A stretch of 64,000 nucleotides of DNA, from contig CM119371.1 of assembly GCA_051294905.1 (NCBI GenBank), positions 40,736,001-40,800,000 on the forward strand. Direction: 5' to 3'. The translations under genes and the position numbers were made by a program. This document shows, in pieces, positions 50,865 to 60,809 of the stretch. A model generated the notes under the pieces. That model was not told where the DNA came from and ran no database searches. It was given only the letters and a program-made list of their open reading frames with translations. The first letter of the stretch is position 1, and each line of letters begins with the position of its first letter. Origin of the DNA: Botryllus schlosseri (lineage: Eukaryota).

Positions 50865-51148
50865 CAGTGGTTCTCGAACTGGCGGCGTGAAAGCATCTGA
50901 TTTGGGGCGTGAAACCGACGTTTACTGAAAGATTTGTTCGTGCTTCGCGCCATTTAATTCCAGCTTCTGGTTGTTATCCTGTGCATTATCCGACTTTGAT
51001 ATTTCATAATTCTCTCATCAACAGCGAAAACCTTCCATGCTAGCGTTCTGGTTGCGCCTTTTAATATTTTGTGATATCATTATAAGTGGGCGCGCAATTT
51101 TTCACTATCATAAAAGCAGGCGTGCTTAAAGAAGTTTGAGAACCACTG
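50865..51148. mobile_element. hAT-type MITE nested in 47133-51412
   Basis: CAGTGGTTCTC(G)AACT / AGTTTGAGAACCACTG TIRs with TSD TTTCAGTG/TTTTAGTG. Confidence 0.85.
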
Positions 51149-51728
51149 TTTTAGTGTCTTAATAGAATAACGTAGATGGATAGGGGTTTACAGAGATTTA
51201 AAATTGTATCAGGTTTAACATTGTTTCGAACCATGACGGCAAATACACATTACCTAACATCAACACAACCACCGAGCAGCATTTAATATCAATGTAATTT
51301 AGAAATAAAATCAAAATACGCTGGGGAATATACCTAGAATTTTTCTGTTGGCCCGCCAACGTATTTTCTACTTCTCATTTGGCCCGCGGAGGAAAATAAC
51401 TGCCCACCCCTGCTCTAGGAGACAATCGGCACGGTCATTATCGGGAATAATTGTGCGTATAGGAATGGTTCGCAGTGTACGTCGTTTTTACAGTTGGTTA
51501 TCTATAGTTTGTTCCGTCGAAACGCAGAGCTTACTGGAGTTTCCAATCATTGTATTGATATCATTGGTTCCGGCTTGTTAAATCATGAGATTAACACTGA
51601 CTTTTCTTCGCTGCGACTGGTTTCCTTAATCCTGGGTTGATATATTCTGACGACCGCGATAACTGACTTCATTGATCCAACATAATTATCTCTGATCTTA
51701 GAGTTGAATAAACGGTCATTACACAAAC

Positions 51729-51875
51729 CTTCGTGTACGTCACTGGCTTCTCCCTCCGTGTTGATTATATTGCGAACACCTTTGATTGGGAGGATCTGAT
51801 CTCCAGCCATCACGTTGACAGTGCTATTTATGAAACTTTGTTCCACATTGTCACCTTCAGCCAACGTTGCGGCTC
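51729..51875 (-). CDS. Exon with a RHIM-like motif (GAATLAEGDNVEQSFINSTVNVMAGDQILPIKG...DVHE)
   Basis: Acceptor tttatactag|, 147-bp phase 1-1, donor GAAG|gtttgt. Clear paralogy with exon 42765-42905. Confidence 0.65.
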
Positions 51876-52337
51876 CTAGTATAAACATGATTGTTGTTAT
51901 GCCCGCAAGGATAAGGAAGATGGCATAATAACAAAATACGGTATGTTGAAAACCTTTTCCATCTCTTATTGGCCAATATTTAGTTATGGCTTGTTTGCAG
52001 TCGGATCAAGATTCGATGATTACACATTGCTAATATTAATATTGATGTTGAGTATGCATTCCAATATGACGTGCATTACTAACCGCATGTCTGGGCAGAT
52101 ATTGGTGCAGACATTGCATCGGACACAGCAGAGCTTTGATCTTGATCCTTTGCCGACATGGTATTATTCACTTGATACTAAATTACAGGCGTGTTATACA
52201 ATACTAAAGATAAACGGATAGGAAATACAGAATATCATTAATTTTATTTGTGTAACAGCTCGATACTAAGAATTCCGGTGCATATAAAAATATTTCAGAA
52301 TAGTCATTAGAATTCGAAGTTGTACACATCCCCGTAC

Positions 52338-52368
52338 CCAAAAATGCGTAACTCCATAAATCCTCTGG
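52338..52368 (-). CDS. Possible 31-bp exon (PEDLWSYAFL) linking the death-domain-like exons to the RHIM-like exon
   Basis: ctacatttcag| ... TTGG|gtacgg supplies the needed phase 0-to-1 link. Inferred from phase compatibility only. Confidence 0.25.
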
Positions 52369-52462
52369 CTGAAATGTAGTTGCAGTTTTTCTGGCCAAAA
52401 TAAAATTATTACCTTTTCGGTAATGAGACACAATCCTGCTTAAGTTGACCCCAATAGAGAGC

Positions 52463-52640
52463 AGGGCTGTGGAGTCGGAGTCGGTGCAGTCGGAGTCGGA
52501 GTTTGGCTAATTTTCTCTTGATGGAGTCGGAGTCGGGAAAACTATAATGGCTGGAGTCGGAGTCGTGGGTAAAATACTGACTGGAGTCGGAGTCAGAGTT
52601 TGGGAAAATGACCCTGACTTCGACTCCGACTCCGACTCCA
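52463..52640. mobile_element. MITE built from GGAGTC/GACTCC repeats
   Basis: CAGGGCTGTGGAGTCGGAGTCGG start, with inverted CTCCGACTCCGACTCCA at the end. Confidence 0.7.
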
Positions 52641-53177
52641 ACTTATCAATCATGAAAACAATTGCTTTCAAAGGATTTTCAATAGAATTTTTATGTACCA
52701 CCAATCTCTGTTATTAATAATCATTCAGATCAGGTGCGGCCAACTCGTGTCACGCAGGCCAAATGTGGCCCGCAAGAAGGTTTTGTGTGGTCTGCGAGGT
52801 AATTCCCGAAATTATTTATAACATCAGGTAAAATTGCAAGGCCAACCAAAATTTGATCATCCTGACCGCGAAATTTGATGATGACTAAGACATCAGCCAG
52901 CTCTGACACATTGGCGTATCCGGGGACCAGCCACATGTATCGCAGGTCTTCGTATATGACCAATTGACTGTAAAGTAGAATATTTCGTAGCAGATTTATT
53001 TGACTTGAAATTTTTCTCGGTACTTCGCATGATTTATTGTCACTGGATTATTTGCATTCAATATTGGAGCTCCCTCTGAAAATCGTAAATACATATTATT
53101 TACAGAATTGAGTCTAACTATATTCGCAATTAGTAGATAACGTGTCGTCCAACATACGGCTTAGCTGGTTCACTCAC

Positions 53178-53274
53178 AGCGAGATCGTCGTCGACGAAAT
53201 ATTTGCACAAAATGATAGAGGCATATTCACCGAAACTGTCGATATTGCTATGTCTAACGTCGAATAATTCTGTC
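53178..53274 (-). CDS. Putative exon, death-domain-like (TELFDVRHSNIDSFGEYASIILCKYFVDDDLA)
   Basis: Acceptor atttggctag| in phase 2, strong donor GCT|gtgagt. Joins the upstream exon in frame. Confidence 0.4.
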
Positions 53275-53542
53275 CTAGCCAAATAAGCCCAGTGGTATAC
53301 AGATGCGACCCCCAATATATGTTGGTAAGAGTAACATATTTATTGATAGAATTCTGTCATTACCTTGAAAAAAATTTCGCGTGATCCAGATCGTGAAGCA
53401 ATTATTGAGCTTACGTGTACTATTTCTGCTCGATGCCGGTTTTGGCGGTAGCCACTTAAACTTGTACTTAAATAGAAATTGAAGTCGTTACTTTAATTCC
53501 ATTTGATTTTTAACGAGGACTATCCTGAGCACCTTTAATCAC

Positions 53543-53625
53543 CGACAAAACTTCGTAAACCTTATCCCAATATTATGACAGATTACGCGGACTAGCATCT
53601 CTAAAGTCGTTACATCTTGAGCCAT
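53543..53625 (-). CDS. Putative first coding exon, death-domain-like (MAQDVTTLEMLVRVICHNIGIRFTKFCR)
   Basis: ATG in good context (CAGTATGG). 'ICHNIGIRFTKFCR' resembles the death-domain helix 1-2 pattern IxxxIGxxWxxfxR. Donor CG|gtgatt. Confidence 0.4.
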
Positions 53626-54229
53626 ACTGACATTCTTGAAGTACGCTGCTCACTGACAAGACCGGTACAAATATTTGATTAACAACACGAATGGAGTATC
53701 GAGATTGACAGTGTTGAGTCTTCGGTCATATGCCTCACCAATAGGTATACGCAATATACGACATATGCGCGGAAAAAGCGTCAATCTACCTTACGTAACA
53801 ATCTTAATATTTTTCAAAGCACGGGAAATAAAGACATTCTGTGAGCTATATAATAGGTTCACCACACTTTCACCAAATCATAACAGTTAGTTTACCGAGA
53901 TAGAAACCAGCTGATTTTGAATTACTCACTGCACATGTTGTGTTGACTAAAAAATGCCATCACTTTTGATAGACCCCCGAATCACCTGCTTTTTGACGTT
54001 TCTCTGGTGCTGTTGACTTGAAAAAAAAAGATAAAAACGTCGTCACTGATTCGAATCCCAAATGACTTTCACGAACGTCCACATTGCCTAACGTCCACAA
54101 GGATAGGCTTAATGATTCAAGTGAAGATCTAATAATTTAAAAGCTTATCGACGAAAGTGTTTAAGTGGATTATATTTATTTGCCAAAATGTCCTTTCAAT
54201 TGGAATAATACAAAATGTGAGTAGGTATA

Positions 54230-56240
54230 TAGATCGGTCTGGGGGTGCCTGGGGCTCTTATGGGTGCGGTGGCACGGTGCCGAGAAACTCGTGGTGGCAC
54301 GGTGACCCTTATCTCTTATGGGTGCGGTGGCACGGTGCCATTGTGTCTTATGGCTGTGGTGGCATGGTTACCTTTTCGGGTATAGGCTGCGGCGGCACGG
54401 TGCCGTGAAAACTCGTGGTGGCATGGTTACCTTTTCGGGTATAGGCTGTGGCGGCACGGTGCCGTGAAAACTCGTGGCGGAATGGTTACCTTTTCGGGTA
54501 TAGGCGCGGTGACATGGTGACCTTTCAGGTAGAGATGATTTGACTAACGTTGTGGGTATAGGCGGCGGCGGCACGGTGTTGAATATGTATCAAGTAAATA
54601 GTCACGTGATTGACTCTTAGTTAATCTGTATATCCCAAATTATTATATATGACCGATTCGAGTTAATCCTAACGTTTACGGCGAGTGCGACTTTAATATA
54701 TCGTTATTCTTATGGATGCGGCGATGATTCGTACTTTCGTTTATAGACTGCGGGCGGCATGTCGTACTTTCACCAAAAAAGGGTGTGAAATAGTTTGCTA
54801 AATCTAGGAATCGACCGCATGGTAATGTTTTGGTAATTAGTTTACCACAAAACCGGCGTAGACGGCGATTCGAATACCAACAATAACCGCGTTCACAGAC
54901 TAACACTCCAAAAAGGTGTGAAATATTGGTAAAATCCCGCGATCGCTCACAAGATAATACCTAAGACATAACCATCGCTCGCGACTCGCTGTTACATACA
55001 TGCCGATCGTTGACAATGTAATATTTTGGTAATTAGTTTACCACAGAGCCCGCGTAGACGGCAATACCAACAATAGCCGCGTTCACAAACTAACACTTCA
55101 AAAAGGTGTGAAATAGGTTGCAAATCCCACGATCACTCACGTGATAACACCTAAGACATAGCCATCCCTCACAACTTGTTGTTACATACATTCCAATCGC
55201 CACAATGTAATATTTTGATAATCGGTATGTCACAGGAACTGGATTTCACTGGTAAAATTTAATAAGTAACGAATAACAGAACCGTCGCAGACGATGATTC
55301 GAATACCGACAAATTCTCACTTATTTCTGATCCCACCCTAATCCTTTGCGAAGTTGACGCTTATTCGAAAAGGTGTGAAATAATTGTAAAACCCTACGTC
55401 GCTGACAGGATAATGCATCAGACATAGCGATCTAGTTATAGCACGGGTCGGAATCCATTCGGGTTCTATAGGTAAATTGAGATAATCCGAAACCGAATAT
55501 TTTGACTTTGGCGTAGTGTGAATTGAAATAGGATTGACTAACAAGACTACCAAATTTCAACCCGGTCATATTTAGAAATTATACGCATATTGATTTGAAA
55601 CAAGTAATGAAACCTTACAACTCTATTCACGATCTGGCTTTCTGTTTGTCAAAGAGACATTTTAACATCTTACCATACTCAAAAGAATTATTCATAATAT
55701 CAACCGGTGTTAAAAATATAGTTTTCACTGACTTGATTATACCACTACAACTCGCAAACTTGAATTAATTCATCCTGGTTGTATTCATATGACCGATAAT
55801 TTTTATTCAACTGTAAAGGTCGTTACTACACTGCAAGACAAAGTATTTACTAATCGGTACATATACGACTTGACATAACCTATTACATTTTGAGTATACG
55901 AGATTTGAATGTCTGAACAATAACTGAGAATTAAATGATCACGAGTGAATCCGTATATTACAGCGTAAAAGATGTTGGAATGTCAGCAACTCTGTACGGT
56001 CATAGTTACTACCACTAATTTACCCGGCCAACTCGTCATGATCATTCCTGAAATCTACACAAACATGACCACTGACTAGAGTTAACCACAAAATAGCATC
56101 GAGTTTTAAATCCAGTTGTAGCTTACGTATTATTTGAATGCGGGGTATGTTTTGTTATAATTGGGTGTACGGATAAAGTATTAGGTCTCGACATTTTAAC
56201 ATTTTGCCATACTCAGTCAATCAGGAAAACATTGGCAAGT
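54230..56240. repeat. Left TIR (2011 bp)
   Basis: Begins TAGATCGGTCTGGGGGTGCC and ends GAAAACATTGGCAAGT. Contains GC-rich GGCACGGTG/GGCATGGT repeats and longer AAGGTGTGAAATA-anchored repeats. Confidence 0.95.
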
Positions 56241-56604
56241 TTGTTTGTTTGTTTATTTAACACATACAACAGTGGTGTTCATCGCCTATTAAGGTCATGT
56301 ACACCACGACAATGATATTAGTAATGTTCAGGTTCTTTGCTTTTCGTATTCTTTCCGGACGACTTCCACACTCGCGCGCTTCCAACTTCAGTCTCTCTCT
56401 CTTTCATGCATCCGGACTTTTCTTTACTGCCGACTTCGTACTGGCGCGGCTCACCATCATACTGGGCTTTTTGAGACACTGCTAATGCAGTGAGGTTAGC
56501 GATGAGGAGCCCAGATAAACCTCCGACACATAGAAGTTGGTTCGAACCGGGATTCGAACCACAGCCATTGGTGTCGTGACGCTGGCGCTTAACCAACTTC
56601 TATG
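56241..56604 (-). mobile_element. tRNA-derived SINE at the inner edge of the left TIR
   Basis: B box GGTTCGAATCC (56550-56560, minus strand), A-box-like TGGTTAAGCG, 3' hairpin GTGGTGT...ACACCAC and an AATAAA(CAAA)n tail at 56241-56258. Confidence 0.8.
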
Positions 56605-57339
56605 TATGACATAGTTATCGGGTGTGATCACATTCGATCTACATCAAAACTACCGGCTATGATAATGTCTGTGGATCGAAGGCTTACTCCGCGATGTTTC
56701 TATACCAACACATTGCATGCAATGTCACACACCTCCATTTACGTGTATACTGTTGTGGGCAAACAAGCGCGACGTATGTCTGGATGGTATTTTTTCGTGG
56801 AAACACAGGGTGTAACATGTTTACTTTGAATATTGTTCATTGGTTTATCGATTCAGAGTTGATATCCGGATCCGGTTACGTACTTTATCAGGGTTTCCGA
56901 TTTCAAACTGAATGTCGAGACATACACTGACCAATAAAGACACAATATAGTAAACATGCAGTGGGGAAAACTCGACCTGGAGTTGTTATCACGATGGGTA
57001 ACATAAATCCAACCGTTTTCCGAACACCGTTATCCACATACCAACCATCGTCGAGGAGGTGTTTTATTCAGACATTTTGACTCTGGAAAATCCAAAGCAT
57101 GAACCCGGACATCACAGAACTATCGAAGCCTATTGTCCAATTTTCCGAAACATACATTTCTGTGTACAAGAGTATATTGTATGTGGTTAACCGATGATAT
57201 TGATGTGATACGACCGATGGATGTATAGCCTACTCTGTAACCGGTAGTCCGTGTATATTTCCGTCACTGTTCGTTGTAATCTATTTCAAACTATCGTCAA
57301 TACAACAAATACCAAATTGTCAGGTGTGTTTGTCAGATT

Positions 57340-57990
57340 TCAAAATGAAAATGGTTTTGTTACTCTAGGAAAAGCTAGATGACCAAGAGAAAATTTATTG
57401 TTACACTAGGTAAACGCCGGATCTCCAAAGGAAAATGATATTTTTACTAAGGTAAACGACGACCCGCCAAGTGAAAATGGTTTGTTGCTCAGGGAAAAAA
57501 CATATTTCCAAGTGAAAAAGGTTTGTTACCCAGAGAAAAAATATATTTCCATGCGAAAAAAGGTTTGTTACCCAGAGAAAAAATATATTTCCAAGTGAAA
57601 AAGGTTTGTTACCAAGAGAAAAAATATATTTCCAAGTGAAAAAGGTTTGTTACCAAGAGAAAAAATATATTTCCAAGTGAAAAAGGTTTGTTACCAAGAG
57701 AAAAAATATATTTCCAAGTGAAAAAGGTTTGTTATCCAGGACAAAAATAGATTTCCAAGTGAAAAAGGTTTGTTACCAAGAGAAAAATATATTTCCAAGT
57801 GAAAAAGGTTTGTTATCCAGGACAAAAATAGATTTCCAAGTGAAAAGGGGTTTGTTATCCAGGGCAAAAATATATTTCCAAGTGAAAAGGGGATTGTTAC
57901 ACTGGGTAAACGATAAATCTCCAAAGGACAATGGTATTTTAGTTAGGTGACGGTGGACCTCTAGGTGAAAATGATAATTTTACTTGGGTA
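57340..57990. repeat. Minisatellite of about 41 bp, roughly 15 copies, homogeneous in the centre and degenerate at both edges
   Basis: Unit AAGGTTTGTTACCAAGAGAAAAAATATATTTCCAAGTGAAA starts at 57601, 57642 and 57683. Confidence 0.92.
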
Positions 57991-60809
57991 GGTATCTTGT
58001 GTTCAACGCTGGTAGTGTGATTGGTCTTGTTAAACGTAGTTACCGAGTTGTACAATTATGAAGGGGCGGAAAATGAAATTGCTATTATGATCGTCAGAAG
58101 ATTGTTGTATGTAGATTTGACAGTAACCCTATCATTCGCATATGACAAACACAATCATGGTCATTAACTAACTTGCTCGGTCTAGATCAATGCAAAAGAG
58201 ATGATTCGTTTTTTGAAACCGTAGCGAAGACCACATGTAAATCTATGCGATAGACTTCTATCTCCTTACAGTCAGTCGTGTCGTGTCCATTTTAATACGG
58301 GCCCACATGTATGACATGCACACACTAACACCGTAAACAGATGTCGATGATTTTGACTATTAAAAATATTTCTTGACTACACCGGAATGTCTATGTTGTA
58401 GAAAGTAAATACTATAATGGTGTTGTGTGTTTAATGAAAGCGATTGGTTACAAGTATGTTTTGGGAAATTAAATTTATTTTTCTGTATGTGACAGTTTGC
58501 GAGGAAATGAAAATAGATTCGTGGTTTTAATTTGATTGTGACTGTGTTGTTTTAATGTACGTTTCAACAGGTAGACTTGACACTGAACAACAATTCGACC
58601 CACAAAACATATTCGTTGTATGATTTGTTACTGGTGTGTAAAGGGTTAGGAATATTTTGAATGATAATATCTACTAGCTGTTTTGTTGTGAGAGCGATCA
58701 TGTGATGACTCAGCACTTTTCGTTAGCAAAGTAGATTGATCTATGTGAAAGATGTAAGGACCGTGACTAGAAACATATGTACTTTGTTGTTGGGGTACTG
58801 CTATGGCATTGACATAACCCTCTGGGAGTGAGTATGCTTTTCTTTCACGAAAGTTTACGTGGCTCCGTTGTAATGAATTTGTGTTAACTAAACTCGGATG
58901 GATACCGCAATTGTGCTGGACTTACACATGGTATTCGCATACTGTGCACATATACAAACTTTTGTGTAAACAGCTCTGTGATGTTTCTGTTAGTACTAGT
59001 TCTAGTTCTGTGTTGAACTATTTGATTATTAAGATACATGAACACCCATTCAGACAATAAAGGTCTTGTGATATCGAAACAGTTTGTAGAGTCTAACCAG
59101 CCATTCTTTAGTTTCTTAATGTGAGAATATCGAGTAAAGTTAATTACTTAGTGCGATGTTAATATCCTTCGTACTTTTGTAAGAGTTGTGGGGTAACATA
59201 CAAAGTAACTAATTGACACAAACAAAATGGTGATATTGTGAAGATGATGCCACAACAACACAACAAGTAATATTTTGTATCGGGTGTTTGTACTTTAGGA
59301 ATAGCGGAGTGTGCGATATTTTGGATATGTGTGCACGGTTGTAAACTACGGTTGTTCTTGGGTCTTGCGTCGAGTAAATCATAACTATATCTAGAATTCA
59401 AACACATCCAAGTAAGTTCTTTAGCGACTATGATTACATCTACTTTGACGAGAGGAAATGGAAAAATTCAAATGGATACTACTGACGAACAAAAAGTGCA
59501 AAATGGTTTTATCAGATTTAGGTGTAGGATATCTTTTCGATTTCTTTACCAGAGTGTGTTTTACAAATATTTCTAGTATACCAAAGTATAGGGTACATTT
59601 ATCAAACGTCGTACAAATTGTTTATGCGACGGCAACGACTTTGGGTTACTTGGTTTCGATCCTTTTCTAAAAGATTGTCGGACAATGGTGTTATAATCTT
59701 CTGTAATGATCGAGGTACGTGATCAAGTTTCCAATCAATTAATAATCGGACATATGACTTTGGTTTAACGAATCATAATATTTCTAAAATGCTTGCTGGT
59801 ATCATAAGACACAAATCGAAATTCATATCAATCAAGACCTTTGCATGCTCTGAGTTTTGTGATGGTGTTTATTTCACCTGATAGAAATGAACTTGTATCA
59901 ATAGTAGTACGAAACGCATTTATCATTTTCGGTGTTGGTTGTGTTCCTGATTTCTTTGTTGGTATGCACTCTACAAATAATTTCTGCATACTGAGGTATG
60001 ATGCGTTTGACGAATATCATAGAAATCGTTTTTTGTGTTGGTAATGACTTTGAGTAGTTTGGTTTTATCATTACAATTACTTTAGAAGATTCAAATGATA
60101 ATGCATGATCGCTACTAGCAACAATACAAACACATTTTGTAGATTTCAGTGTAGCACATATTTTGAGCCAGTAAAGATAGTCCAAATTGCTCTTGTGCTG
60201 ATCAAAGTCTTAGAGAGTTTAACCTCGTAATGTTTTACATTTAGCACGTACAACAGCGAGTCACTGAAAGGATTAAGTATTGTTCACCCACTTCGACTGG
60301 TACTCGATGCCAAAAGTGATATTTTCTAATAACCTTTACCACAACATCGGGTCTAATTATCGCGAATAATTTAATAATCAAGTCGTGGTCGGACATTACA
60401 AAATCTCATATATCAAATCAATGTGTCAATCCTTATGTTTACAGTATGATACCTTTCAATGTAACACCGGCGTTTGATTGTAAGAAATGAATTCTCAACT
60501 ACGTTGGTCAGACATTCAAATCCGGTATACTCAAATGTAATATGTTAAGCTCAAGTCCCCTGTACCAAAGAGTAATTACTTTTGTCTTACAAAATATACC
60601 GAGTAATAATTAGTTTGTCTTGCAGAATATACCGCGTAGTAATTCCTCTATCTTACAGAATAGTAACGACTTTTCAAGTTGAATAAAAAAGATGCGTAGG
60701 GATATGAATACAACCGAGCTTGTTATGGATTTTAGGTTTTAGTGATTGTATGGACTCGTGTATGCTTGGCTGACTGCTGGAGTTGGTCGGGTAAGTTACA
60801 AACGGATTT

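Larger units (their letters stand above)
47133..51412. mobile_element. hAT-type MITE expanded to 4.3 kb by nested insertions
   Basis: CAGACCTGGGCA...TGCCCACCCCTG termini with perfect 8-bp TSD CTCTAGGA (47125-47132, 51413-51420). Confidence 0.8.

Noticed and set aside
54157..54906. Short ORFs duplicated at 62144-62848 as real genes
   Set aside because: They are by-products of the GC-rich repeats in the inverted arms and show no protein-like features.
56528..56604. tRNA gene
   Set aside because: A B box is present, but I could not fold a complete cloverleaf; it is attached to a SINE body and tail, with a second copy at 45.3-45.7 kb.
57340..57990. CRISPR-like array
   Set aside because: Units are contiguous tandem repeats without unique spacers, there are no cas genes, and the context is eukaryotic.
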